A DNA stretch of 64,000 nucleotides, taken from the NCBI GenBank assembly GCA_040954595.2, contig CM082577.2, positions 6,907,846 through 6,971,845 of the forward strand. Reading direction: 5' to 3'. Numbering within the stretch: position 1 is the stretch's first letter; each line of letters starts with the position of its first letter. Source of the stretch: Balanoglossus misakiensis. Lineage: Eukaryota > Animalia > Hemichordata. The translations under genes and the position numbers were made by a program. A model generated the notes under the pieces. That model was not told where the DNA came from. It did not search any database and was given only the letters and a program-made list of their open reading frames with translations. Shown here one piece after another: positions 48,701-62,400 of this stretch.

Positions 48701-51700
48701 ATGCTATTATTTCCAGCCCCATGGCTGGCCATGCACACACGTTTGAAAAAGACCCCCCGTTGAATTCTACTCAGCAAAATAAAATGCGGTCATATCAGAG
48801 TTTTTTTTCCGTGCGAGTGATCCAAATTCAATAACGGGGTCAAACACGAAAGTCCAACGATATCCAGCGGCTGTGAATTGAGGTCTAGGCCCTATATATA
48901 GGTAAATAGACCCGCTCATACAATGTATTCCGTGAGTTGAAGTTTATATGTAATTGGCGGCTGCCGCTGTGCGCATGTTCACAAATATATGGCATAATAG
49001 CGCATGCCCCGTAAAACAATAACGATGTCGTTAAGCTTTCTTCAAACTCGACAATCGTCACGGACTCAACAAAAGGCGGGTGATTTTTTGCCAAGATTCA
49101 AGTACCAGCAACTATGTAGTCTAATCCTGAGAAACTATGAATTGCTCATAAAGAGTTAACCATATAAATAAAATAACCTCACGTAAGAAATTGGTTTTCC
49201 AAGAAAAGAGTGAAATTTTATTCAGTTCATGAAAAGGTTTTCATATAATTCGTGTTGCTCCTGCAGTGTTAAAGACGAAGGAACGTGATATAGCGCCCCC
49301 AAAGACGCGAGACAGAAAGGGCGTGTAACGTGACTGAGGATATGTTAGAAGCTTTCAAAGTGAATCACATTCATAATTACATTTTAACATATGAACAAAT
49401 ACATATTTCCTGAAACACTTAAACTAGAATACAATCTGTACAATAATATAGAGCTAGAAGTGTTTAACATCGGAAAATTGTTTGGCTAATAATTGGCTGT
49501 GTAATATATAAGTCTTATGTACAAAACTAGAAATTGTCGATCGGGTCACATGTCCGTACACGTATAGCACATTATGCGAGAAACAAACGCGGAATATTTT
49601 AAGGAATCCATTGCTCTGCCAGCTTGTTTCAACTACTTAAAATACACGAGAGGTAAAACCTACGCACAATTGTTTGATATTGATGGCTTATAGGCAGATG
49701 GTATTTTCAACAGAAATGAAAGGCACGTATGAAATACTTAATGTTTTATATATTTGAAGCAGCGGCGAAGAGTTTCGCCTAGACAGGCTAGAGTGGTACG
49801 GATAATGTAGGTTAAAAATAATCCATCGATTGTTTTCATTCAGATGCGATAAATAGGGGGTATTTATGGACAATGTCAAAACTACACAAAAATTGATGTG
49901 GATAATTATGCATGTCCCTTCTGTTAAAGCCTTTCGTACAACTGGTTTCTGACTTGACAATTACTATCTAACATCAACGACACAAATTAAATGTACAATG
50001 TAAAAAATAAACCAGGTTGAATTATTCAACATGTCGTATACGCAACGACCCCCGTGGTGAATTACACGCAAATGAACATCAGAATTACGGCAGCAGCGGC
50101 GCGGCGGCACATCCCCGACCAGAATTGTCAAGCATAGTCGGAGATGATTGACAAAGAAATGAACAAAGGTCTGCTGTCGGTTAATTACACGCTATTGTTA
50201 ATTACATGAATTCATTTCCGGTGTTATCGTGTCAATTTCTGTTCCAAGTAGTTTCAATTCCCCTTCGATGAAACCGTTCTCGCAGTATAAACACGGAACC
50301 ACTTCGTAATACTATATGTGCACACGCACTCAACAAAATATTCTCTCTCGAAATCCTACAGAGCAAATTGTGCTACATTCGGAAGAGAAAAATAATACCA
50401 TAAATGAAAATGAAAATACCAGCATCACGACACACCCAACCATAAGGACACCATAACAACAAAGATTTTCCCACATAATTTTACAGGTACCGATCACCAT
50501 GGTAACTAGGTCTGATAAAAATTAGATTCACACCACAATGAACTGAACGTTTTGGAAAACAATCTCTTCGGCATACATTCAATACCTAGATATGAGAAAT
50601 ATATATTTATATATAACCTTTGCAGTTTCAACAAGGGTTCGTTTTGGTTTATTTATATATATTTTTTATACAAAATTCCTTTCTTTCAAAATTTGGAAGG
50701 CAATTTTTTTTTCAACTCTCTCTTACGGTGGAAGACATCAGCTAAACACTGGGTAATGTATAAAATTCGAAAAAAAGGCTTATTGTTAGAGAAGGCACTT
50801 GTTTTTTTGTTTATCTTGGCTGTAAACATGACGATTGGTTTCAATGAAAGGCACATCGGTTGGCAGTTTGGTTGCGTTGACGTGTGGCGCGGGCTTGAGG
50901 AACAGTAGGGCTTGGTTTCAAACCCCACTCTTTTGGCTCAGTCTTTAGATCATGAAGTACTAACAGATTCTTTCCCTCCCACTCTCTCACTCTGAACGAC
51001 ACAAGCATTTCAGTCAGGAAATAATAAATTTTGACCCAATTTTCCCACCAACCCGGTCGCACTGGAAATATCCCCTGTTGGTTTTAAGACGCGTCATGTC
51101 AATTTGTCGCGATTATTTCGAGCGCTATGATAATTTTAGGAAATCCCCACCCCTTTTTAGTGCTAGCTATGAAGCAGTTGACACTCGAAAATGAGTCCGC
51201 TATGAACACTTAACAACACTAGCCAAGGTCAAACGTCCGTCGTTCTTTTCCCGTTCGTGTTTTACAGCTGAATATATGTGAATACAGAGCAGCCCCGCAT
51301 GTCTGACTGAAACTAACGTTCACTGCACGTGACTGTCAGAATAGCACAGACACGACCTAAATACAAGTTGGCTGGTCATTCTGCTGCCAGGTATGGAAGA
51401 CAAGCTATGATACTCGAACAGGTGGCCCTGATGGTTTTTTTTATATAAGTATAAGCTTACTCGCCGATATTTCAGACTTGGAGGACACATTCTCGTGCCT
51501 TGGATGCAGTCGATTGTGACGACGGGGGCTTAAATGTATATTAAATGGCGTGGGCTTTCTTCGATTAGGGGGATCGAAGGTTTAAATGTCTAATCTGGAA
51601 CAAATTTGTATGGTCGACAATATTGATATTCGTAAAAGCGAATAGAAATGTCGGCTAATTAAAATGTTCAGTTCGTCTCCCCGTAAAAAAAAACAACCAG

Positions 51701-52479
51701 AAAAAAAACACCACGTAAAACGTCACATGTCAGTTCTAGAGAAAGAAAATTCATTTGAATGGGAAGTGGAAATCGAAAACGGTAGTAGAATCCTATTCTT
51801 AGTACGCTAAATGACAGATGCGGGTTTCTCTCCGCAAGTGTCTCTGGGGGTTTGTATAATGTGATGTTAACGACCCCCGTTTCTTGATCATCATACCTGC
51901 AACTGATGGCACTAATGCATTGAGCGAGATGTGAAATAATTGTTTTCTCTCTCTCTCTCTCTCTCTGGCATCGCCCAAATTGTACAACTGAAATTCGCAC
52001 TTGAAAAAAAAATACGAATATTAGCAAACAGCGAAGGCTAAGTCGCCGAAGCTTTAAAGTGATAAAAACGTACTTTTCGGACAGGCGTAGTGGATAATTG
52101 ATGAAGCCTGTCAAAACTGCACAACTCGATGATCACGTGACCACGTCAGGTACATCGGGTTTTCTCAGCGCGAGTCTATCTTCGGTGATCTAATAGGGCA
52201 GGTGTGGTTTCTATGGGAACCATTGTTTCCTCTTGAGGGCTCTGATAAGTGTTCCTATTCATATATGTGGAGAGTGGAGTCGCCGGTGCGCTATCGCAGA
52301 ATATTATCATCTCAGCTGAACAGCTGACTGCCAAGTGCGATTTTCACAGTGTTCATTATAATATGCGATTATCATATTCTGTATTTTTTTCTCTCTCTGT
52401 CGCCGTATTCTTCTATGAAGCGATAAGGTGATTTCAAAAGGGCTTGGACTTTGCGGTGATCGCGGTAAATATCGTCGAT

Positions 52480-53178
52480 TTAGTCGAGTGTCTCGAGGTG
52501 TCGCTCAAGGTGACAATTTGTCGGCACTTTTCGCGTGTTGTCGTCAGCTTCGTCTTGTTGCCAGGAGGTCATCTGAGGCATCTCGCTGAGCACGTTCTCC
52601 ACAATACTGTTGTTGTTGTCGTTGCAGTCGTCAATGGGGATTCCTAGATGCCCCTTCAGTTTCTCCAGTTCGGATTTCATGTCCGTGATGACGTCAGTGA
52701 GGGCGGTGATATAGTTCTTGGCTAGCGACAGAGTCTCGATTTTGGACAGTTTCCTCTCGCACTTCACGTGGGGGATCACATTGCGCAGACTCTGGAAGGC
52801 GTCGTTCAGCGAGTGCATCCTCATCCTCTCGCGCTCGTTGCTCTCCAGCCGCCGCAGGTTCCTCTCCCGGGCGTTGACCGGCCGGCGGCGCCTGTTGTGC
52901 TTCCTCGGCGACCGCGCCGCTTTCACGTCCTGCGCATCGCCGCTCACCGACTCCGAGCTGGCGGTCGAGCTGGCTCGGTCCACGGAACTGTCAAAGGCGG
53001 CGTCCTCGGTGGAGTTCGAGCGCTGTATCTGCTGCCGGCGCGAGGTCCGGCGCCGCTTGGCCGGCATCATGTCATCTTCCAGGATCGCCTCCCAGACATC
53101 GTTGTCGGCGACGTCGTACATACTCTGCTCTAAATTGTGATCCATGACGTTGGCCTTGGATTTGATGGAGCGAACCAT
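52480..53178 (-). CDS. BHLHA15: Class A bHLH transcription factor Mist1/dimmed, single coding exon, ~232 aa
   Basis: [58 protein letters not shown] is near-identical to the Drosophila dimmed / Mist1 bHLH as I recall it; acceptor ttctaacag at 53190 just upstream of ATG 53178; GC-rich codons. Confidence 0.93.
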   Translation of the reverse strand: MVRSIKSKANVMDHNLEQSMYDVADNDVWEAILEDDMMPAKRRRTSRRQQIQRSNSTEDAAFDSSVDRASSTASSESVSGDAQDVKAARSPRKHNRRRRPVNARERNLRRLESNERERMRMHSLNDAFQSLRNVIPHVKCERKLSKIETLSLAKNYITALTDVITDMKSELEKLKGHLGIPIDDCNDNNNSIVENVLSEMPQMTSWQQDEADDNTRKVPTNCHLERHLETLD

Positions 53179-53769
53179 AACACGCTGACCTGTTAGAACA
53201 TGGAAGAGGGGCAATTCCGTGTCAGTATGCAACATCCTAGATCCGCATCAATATAAACACGTCTGAAAATTGCGAACAAAATAATTATGTACGTACTCTC
53301 TATCACAGATAGCTTTTTTCTCTTTGTAGGTGTACACAGTACTAGTGTTAAATGATCACACAGAATGCAGGCCCCTTTTGTCAAGCTCGTAGTGTGACGA
53401 AGTGTCTCTCAGTCGCACCTTTTTACGCTCTCTCTATATATACACACGCAGGTTACCGTTGAGTAGACAACCATGAACTGGCGTGTGGACAGCCGCACGT
53501 CACCGCTTTAAAGATATCCTCATTCGATCTGCCAACCTTAGGAATAACCGAATGACGAAACACCGGCGCTTTGATGACGTCGGTCTCAGTGCGGTAATTT
53601 AGAATTTCATTGTATATTCCGCACTGAGAAAGGAAATAAAACTCCGGCTATTCTCAATTGCAGTGACACGCTTTTCCGTGGTGATGAAACGAAACCTGGG
53701 GTGTGCGCGAGATTTGATAGGTGGAGAATGTTTTTTTTTTAAATAAGAGGAACATGGTTCTGTACGTAC

Positions 53770-53900
53770 CTTGGTAATGCGATGTTTTCCACGGCACTGA
53801 GTTGAAGACGAGGTGAAGACGCGGCGTTGCAATTATAGGGCTATACGTCCGTGACGCTGAAGGAACGGGAGGCTTCTAGGCGGATTGGGAAGAGAGTACT
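53770..53900 (-). promoter_or_regulatory. Putative short non-coding exon 1 and core promoter of Mist1/dimmed
   Basis: Donor AAG|gtacgt at 53769, Inr-like TCAGT at 53800-53796, TATAAT at 53837-53832, CCAAT (-) at ~53884-53888. Confidence 0.5.
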
Positions 53901-56900
53901 AAATGAGACGAAATAGCCATGTGTAGGAGGGGGTAGGCGTGTGCCGTCTACGTAAGCCAGTGGCTGATGGACGTAAATAAACCACTTTACAGTTCGAAGG
54001 AAAGGAATATTCATTATACATTAACCCCACCAATCACGCGAGGGAAGCGTGGTCACGTGATAAATATTAATCCGGTGTGGAGGATTCCCTTTGGGTGACC
54101 AAAACGAGGCAATTTAATACCGATATCTAATTAGCCGGTCTGCCTAGTCTCTAACTGTTCAGGCTTTTTTCTCTTTTAATATTCATAAAATACATTATGG
54201 TTGTTTGACTGGATTCCAATCAACCTTAAATGAGATGTAGATATATTAGGTGCGAGAGACATAACCTGGTGGTTTGAGAAATATTCAAAAAATACAACAC
54301 CACCGATTTTCAGTGTATTTGGAGTCGATCTCAAAATAGACTAGAGCCTTATATGGGCCAGGGTTAAACGATGGTCGCCGTTTCGTATTGAATAGGTTTC
54401 TGACTGAGTCTCTACACAGTGATGACGTCAAGCTATACATTTTTTTCTGTGGAGAAACCGCTTTATGTCCACTTTAAATGATATAGAAATAACAAACGAG
54501 TCTTTGCGAATCCGAATAGATTGAAATTTTACAGTCGGGAAAAACCGAGCTGGAGGACGTAAAACCACTAGGAAATGCAGCCGTAATGGTTTGTCAATGC
54601 ATGTGTCAGATCATTAAATTGTGGTCCATAATTCTAAATTTATCATAGAACGGGCGACCCCTTTAGAAAGGCGTAGAAATGTTTTACATATTTTTTTTTC
54701 AGTAATTTACTCTTTGCCCGGTCTACTGCTCGTACCCACGGCTCGTTAATACAAGGCCGAGTTTGTACTGCATGAGTTGCGAAAGTGACTTGAAAATTGT
54801 CTCAGCTTCGGAACGAGAGAAATTCACAGAAACTCCGGAAAGGATCGGTGTCATGAATGGGCGGGAGATACCGATGGCCTTGCACGAGCCCCGGATGTTT
54901 TTATGTCACACTGAACTCTGGCCTTAAAATCTACGCAAAGCACGGTATACATATAATCTGCATAAGGGCATGCTTCATTCATGCGTGTTGTGGCCCGAAA
55001 ATATCTAACACCGTATGAATCATTCACAATTCTGCTTCGGGCTCTCCCTCAACATAGTAAATGGATCACGTGTATAGTACAGCCGCAACACACTACAACT
55101 TAGGAGGGGAGTCACGTCACATCAGGCCGGACTCGACTCAATCCGAACTACCCCCCCCCCCCCTCGCCACGGAATTACGCCGTTTTCGTGAAAGGGTTCC
55201 CCTCTGCGGGTAGGTGTGTGGGAAAGAAAGTCACGTGACTCCGGCTAGTAATTTAGAAGGCGCAGTTCAGCGGGGTACCCACAAGTTTACTTGTCCGTTT
55301 CTATTTGGGGAGCGAGAGAGAAAAGTACACGCGGAAATAATGCCGCTTCAACTTCTATTTGCACTGTTTGTCAATGCGGAAAAATAATGGAGTAATAGTA
55401 TACATTTCATGAGCAAATGTCAAACCCTCAAAAACAGTCACGAATGAAAATAGAACGCAGGACAGAAGCCGGGACGTGTTTTGACACGATGGCCGGTATG
55501 TTCAGTTAAGATAACGAAGCCATGAAACGTCATAAATTGGGATAAATGGTTTTGATCTAGGCCTGTTACCATTTTTATTTTTTACGTGACTAATCAAGCG
55601 CGAGCTTTTTTACTGTAGTTTTTAAATATAGCTTATGATAATTTCCGAACCAATACAGTACAAGTGGTGGGAATATTGGCGTGACGGACACGAATAATTA
55701 TATGTGTAAATGTTTAATTACATTTTTTTTCGAATTGGCAATTGTCTCAGCTAATCTGACCAACTACGATGCCGTAATTGGCGTAATGAAGAATAAAATA
55801 GAATGAATCAGGCAGAAAGACCTCGCCACTGGCGTGACCACATGATTAACACATGAGAGTAGACTTCCTAATAATTATTGATCGCTATATTTTACCGACT
55901 AACATCGGCAATATAAAACAGTTGTATGAAAGGCACCGTGACTATACCGCAAGTGATTCCCTCACGGTCTGGATCATTTGAAAAAAGCCTGCGATTCGCC
56001 TTCGTTTTGAACTCTGAGAACGTCTATCTAAATTGTTTTCAGGTGGGGGGGGGGGGGGGGGGGAGGCACGAAAACGTGCGATGCAGGCGACTATCGCTAA
56101 TCATACCGGATTCACAACGGACGTGCAGTGCAGTAATTTGCATACAGCGCAACCGTTTCATCCAGCCCGCCGAAGTAAACCCCGCGTATATAAAATAATA
56201 ATATGCCCCGCGCAAGGTGAGAAATTAGCGTGAACGGAATATTAATCAACGTGTCTGACAGAGCAAATACATCATTTACTAGGCTTGACAGAATCTGCCG
56301 GCTTGACTCTGAAATGTTATTGTTCGATTAGGAGGGATTTTAAGATGAGCTCGGCTAAAACGCCTCCCTGCACATATGCTCATTTCCTTTTTAGAAAAAA
56401 AGAAGACTAGGCTCCGTGACGGAGGCACATATGCCTGGCTCCATTAATATGCCATTGTTTGTGCGTTGAGAGGTGTGTGGCATCTGTCCCCCCGTCGGAA
56501 ATGAGGAAGGCTGACCTCCCGCGCGACCTATCTCCGTCTCAACATCGGATCGTCCACACACACATGCCGCTGTAAGGATATCTCGTGAGAACGTCGCACC
56601 TGAGGCGCCCAGTCGTAATACCGAGGCTGGGTCAACCGATCTTCATGGCCGTCGAGCTAAAAATACGATAAAAATATAAGATAATCATTTCCGTTTTGGG
56701 CGGGGACACTCACTTAAGACCCTAGTCTTATTAATAAGCACAGCGCTGAACAAAACATTAACCTACTTAATCAATATGAAAATAGCGTTTACAATGAATG
56801 GGCGATCAAAAACCTGTTCGCAGCCCCGTCTCGAAACACCCGGTGATTCTAAACACGACGCAGGCTTTGTTTAACATACGAGGGGGGGGGGGGGGGGGGG

Positions 56901-58218
56901 GGGAACATTGTTTTTCGGTACACGATTCTGACATTCCGATATCAAACGTGCTTTGCATGAAATAGCTTTAAATTTCGGTCAGTTTTTTCAGCGCGTTGGC
57001 AAAAATTTGAAATCGAGTCGCTCAATATACAGCATGCACCGCACGTGTTACTGAAACAAAAAAGAATGAGACGCTTTAATGGCAGAGACTGTAAAACAAT
57101 TTGTTAGGACATGTGGGTCTAATAATAATTTAGTGTTTGTGTACACATGAGTGTCAACAGGTGTTTAACAAAGGGCCTCCAATTAAACGAAGGCCCGAAT
57201 GTCGCGCTGAAATAATGCAAGCTGGCCAAAAACAACTGCCTATAAATGCATTGTGTGTATTCTTTGCCCTTTTGTGCCCGTTGAATACCGTCGTAGTTTG
57301 TGGCTCCATTTGCATTTTAATCAGGCATCAACAGGTGGTCAGAGCACGCCTTGCCATCCGTGGATGATGTCCGGCCACTTGCATGTCCACGCACTTGACT
57401 GTCTAAAATAGCCGTGTAGCCCCCCCCCCCCCCCCCCCCCCTTACTACCATGCCGTGGAATCCCGCGGACGGATGTCGATGCTTTACGACTGTTATTTAT
57501 AATTATATATTTGTGAATCCAACGGATGGAACAGGGGCTATAAAGAAGCACATGACCAAACCGATTCGCCCGGTCTTGCCCGGTATAGCCCCTCCTCCAC
57601 TTTGTGTCTCATGTTGTATCACGTGACGTGGCTTTAATGTGTCACGTGCGACAAACGCGGTCGGTCCGTCCGGCCCCGATCGTAGTCATGCGATTTGACG
57701 GCTTGCGAATTACCCGTGCAATCAGAAAATTCAATTTTTAACGAACAGTGCTTGATAAGCACTGACTGTTGAATAACCGAATTAAAAAAAATGGCTGAAG
57801 CATAGGCCTACCGACCTACACCACGTTGTAGTGGACAAAATTGTTTTGTGACCGACTTGATTATGATCTCGGGCGATGCGAGAACTGGTTCGTGGGCTCG
57901 GGATGGTACATTTTCCGTTGACCGTACCAATGACCCGATCACATTCATCAATAAATAAGACTCTGAACATAGACCCTAGCTCTGAATGAACCACCTATCT
58001 CACGCTGCATAAAAACACACATCAATAGCGATATGGATATCACCATTTCCTATATTCTACAAACATGACCAGCACATATAATGTTCAGTTATTTTTACCG
58101 ATCTTGTCAGTCTTTTTTTTTATTTTTCCTCTCAGAAATGAATTATGACCTCATATTAAGCCGCAAAACTTCCTACCCAAGCCCGGAGGTCAACTATTGA
58201 ACTCGTGTACACTATGTT

Positions 58219-58220
<2 letters not shown>

Positions 58221-58286
<66 letters not shown>
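58221..58286 (+). repeat. (TC)n microsatellite, ~33 units
   Basis: Directly visible. Confidence 0.98.
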
Positions 58287-58288
<2 letters not shown>

Positions 58289-59382
58289 GAATCGCTGATT
58301 ACAAGTTCAATATCAAATTTGAGTAAGGCAGTGAGTGAGTGAGTGACCAGCTATTTTAATGTATTTCTACCAATAGGACAGGCGCTGCATTTGATCAAGG
58401 GGCTATTCCGATACATTTACAGGTTCAAACGGGCTGCAGACGCTAAAACCGCCAATGGGGTCAACATTTAGCTTTTAATTTTTATCTTATTTCTTTTACA
58501 AACAACATATATTCATAGCCAATGACAGCCGACGCAAGAAGATCACAGGTGGCGTTGCATCTACTTAGCCTTTCAACAGCGGAGCAGCAATATTATGTAA
58601 ATTACCAGTAATCAACCGGGCAACACCGGGTGTGTTTTGAACAATTTTCAATGGGGTCTCATACCCCACCGAAATAAATGAAATGGCAGTTTAAAGACAG
58701 CTTAATTTTAGCATCATGTGTTTTATAGTTCATTTGATTAAATTTGCATTAATTTTTGATGCTATTGTGCGTTTTAGACACATGTTTGTCTTTTTACAAA
58801 GTGGGTAAATTGAAGTATATTTTTATACACACAACCACCACATTTCACTGAAAGGTGAGTAACTGGTCATGTCCCGGATGTCCACACCATCATGCCTTTC
58901 GTTGCATGTGTAAGCATGTATACACACTGATCGCGCAAATGTTTGTTAACTTAAAACCACAGTCCCGCAAGAAATACTGTGCTCAAATTACCTACATTAT
59001 CATCGGGGGTGGAGGGGGGGGGGTGACGCGACGCATGCGCGTATTGAGCCTATCCCTCGTTAAATTCTCGCTGCTGCCTAGAATTGGTCTCCAGACGGCG
59101 CGCCAGGCTCCCATTTCTATTAAAATCGACAATAATTTCGGCCGTCTCGCGACCTCATTCGGATAAACATAAATAACAGCGTAAACCTGCGGGCAGCATG
59201 CAGCGTTATCATGAGGTTGTTTTTCATTGTTCAGTTCCCGGTCAATTAACTTCTTTAACAGGTGTGCAACAGGTACATTAATTAGCCAATGAGGGTGGGA
59301 TGTCCCGATAAAGTTGACATTGAGCATGTTCCAGTGAACAGAGAAACATACATGTATGTAATTTATCCAAAGAAACTGAAAT

Positions 59383-59407
59383 ACATACGCACGCACGCAC
59401 GCGCGCG

Positions 59408-59439
<32 letters not shown>

Positions 59440-59460
59440 TACATACATACATACATACAC
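59383..59460 (+). repeat. Compound (CACG)/(CG)/(CA)/(CATA) microsatellite
   Basis: Directly visible alternating purine-pyrimidine tract. Confidence 0.9.
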
Positions 59461-62400
59461 AGAGACGTATATGCTGTCATGCATCTTTGAAGACATACAT
59501 CATCTATACTAAAGCAAAACAGGGTCTCGGCAAATTCAGATTAGTTTCTCGGTCGTGTAGTCAATCGGATGACAATCTGAGAAACTAATCACATGAGACT
59601 AGACGCGATGGCAGGGAATCAATCAAATTTCCTGTCTTCACCTATGACACAACCTTGTCAGCGACCTCTCAGTGCCATCCACAGCTACGACAGACTATGC
59701 AGGAAAAATCACATGCGGTTGCACTGACGTACCGGTCAGACCGTTTTCCTTTTATAGAGCCTGGCATATGGATTTATTCACATTAAATTACGGCTTTCCG
59801 ATAAAGCGGTGTTAGCAATGATTGATTTCCGCCCATACACTGTACCAGTTGTTTTCAATGTTATGCCACATTGCCCTTGATAAATTTTGAGGTAGCCATT
59901 TTTTCGTCGTCTGCCTTTTCCCGCCAAAATAAGTTACGGTAATTTATCTGCTATTTTCAAACGAATTCAGCTTGTTTCTGTTTTGAAAGTCAATGTCGTT
60001 ATTGTTTTTTTTTTTTTGGGGGGGGGGGGGGCACGCTATCGCATAATGGACAGTTTTCATGAGTGGCATTCATTTAAGAGTTTTGAATAATTACAATTCA
60101 TGGAAAGTGGAAATACTTGCTGAGGTGTCTATATTAGAAATGTCGAGACAAAGCAAAACGAATGATAGTAAGATGGCAAACGAAGCAAGTTGACGCTTAT
60201 TAAATTATGGACCCCCTATTTTTTGGCCGATCTCTCGGTCGACAAAACAGAAATCTGCCCAACTGTAATCTTATGCGCCATTTTGTTGAGCGATAGTTTA
60301 GTTGCGGATTTGTTGTATTGAATGATAATCAGAAATTTCATGGAAAATGGAATGAGACTGTTGCAAGCCATTGCAGCTATAGCTGTATGCCGGTGTAAGT
60401 CAACCGAGTCAAATTGAGACCCGTAAAACACACTTTGTATGTGAACAACACGCTCATTGCATGATACAGTATATTGCTCATGGGAACTGGTCGATAAAAT
60501 TAAAGTGGCGTTCACGGAAAAGGGCAAAGACGGATATCAGTATTACCTAGAAATTTGTCATCGTTTGGCATTGATTAACATACACGTAGAAAATTCTCGC
60601 ACGAAGTCAAGTCTCGCGCGCGTGTCTGAATTTCAGCATACTCTACAGATAATTCGCGCCATTTTTGAGACAACCATAAAATAATAAGGCCAGTCTACCC
60701 TATGCAAAAAAATCACTCCAGGTCGTAAATTTGAAATGGAGTCTTTTGAAATAAGTATTTATTCGCTACCCAATCTTTTATCGCATTTAATGATGTTTTT
60801 TGGCCTACTCCGTTTAAAAGACGAATTCATTCGAGGCCGATTTTTTTCCCGCCTGCAGTGTGATATCCACGCAAATATCTGGTCGCATGGACTTTCGTTC
60901 TGTGTTTTTAAGCCCAAAAACAACTAGTACTGCATTTATACTCTTAATTCAAAATACATTCATAGACCACATGTTGACCACACGGTATATAAATAATGGC
61001 AGACCGTTTTTCGCATGACAACTGAAAAGATGTCTATACTTCCGCCCGTCATGAAATCAGTTGAAATTCAGGTTAATTGTTAGGGGTTTTTTTGACGTCC
61101 AGTAATATGTTTGCGTCGCCGCTTGTTTGGATTCCGCAATTGCATTGTACAAGCTGTCGTGGCAAAAAAGCACAAGAGGTCACAATAGTAATACAAATCA
61201 GTATGAACATTTTCCATTTCCTCAAAACGATCACTCGTTAAAAAATATTACATCATGTTCAACCATTCATAATTCACGTTGAATCTCATGTTGCACTCAC
61301 GACAAGTGTTTAGACAGTGTCTCCGACAGTGCTGCACTCAGTCGCCCTATTGAATAGCTCTATTAAAATCTCTCTATCGTCAAGCGGCACAACACCGGAT
61401 ATAATGGCAGTTTCTTTATATTTCATTTTTTCTTGTTTGTATTTCAATTTTGTGAAATGGCGACATATGAAAACATGTCCTGGTTCGTGTCCCTAGACTT
61501 TTTATGCCCCAATCCCCAACTGATTTCATAAGCCTGTCGACTCTGCCGGCGCCGCGCCCTGTTTCCAAGGCAACGCGAACTTCACGCGAGATAGCGCGCG
61601 GTTCCTACAAAAATGTAATTCATCTCCAAAACGAGCGCGAATGAGATAACCTTATATTATTTTTAGAGGTAAACATGATTATCAGCTTCAAAGGCCTCAA
61701 TAACGAAGAATACGCGAATGCAAATATCAGCTGTTCTGCTCGGCTTCTGTATTATGGAAAAAAAATGATATACCGATACGTACTGTATCGTATACATCAG
61801 GGAAATTGATGTGTGAGTAAGGATATAGCAAAGAATGTTGGGAAAACCGCGAAGACAACACCGGTAGAAAGTATGCGGAGAGAATCTTTCGCGTTTTGCT
61901 GTCGAATTACTTTACGATTTTATCGACCTCAAGATACTTTATTTTGTTGAAATTCAGTACGCAAATGTAGCGGACTCGCCATTTCACGACTATGTTGTGT
62001 GCCATGAATAGTTGGTCGGGCGATCATAATTTCGCCGAACTGTCACGCCAAATTGTCGACAACAGTTTCTCCTGTGAAGGTTTGGGCGACATTGACGAGT
62101 ACTATTAAACGAGAGTTATAAATGAACTGCAAACCGTAAACCGAAATTGCTGCTACTCAAACTCTAAACTTTCAAGGGTTAATTCGGGATCAGGCTTCGA
62201 ACGAAATCCCTTTCAGATATTATATTTTTAACGTCCCCGCTGCCGCGCGAAGCAGCGAGAGAAATTGCAACAGAATCGTTTTAGCATTTACCGTGGGACG
62301 GACCGCAGCCACGGAGGAGACATTAGCTTCAGCGAAATAAATAGTATTCCCACTTTCAACCTTTTGATGAAATGATAACCGCGCTCGGCACAATTCATTA

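Noticed and set aside
43217-52114. Many 60-150 aa ORFs between LUC7 and Mist1, and upstream of Mist1 to 64000
   Set aside because: No family motifs, codon bias or consistent exon chains; expected by chance with alternative starts
53179-53235. N-terminal extension [19 protein letters not shown] of the bHLH ORF
   Set aside because: Overlaps a pyrimidine tract and acceptor (ttctaacag at 53190); likely intronic, so ATG 53178 is preferred
56882-56903. Long poly-G/poly-C runs (also ~6175, 9664, 16192, 34097, 35338, 55151, 56045, 57420, 60017)
   Set aside because: Scattered homopolymers with no positional pattern; apparently a genome-wide trait, and lengths are sequencing-sensitive
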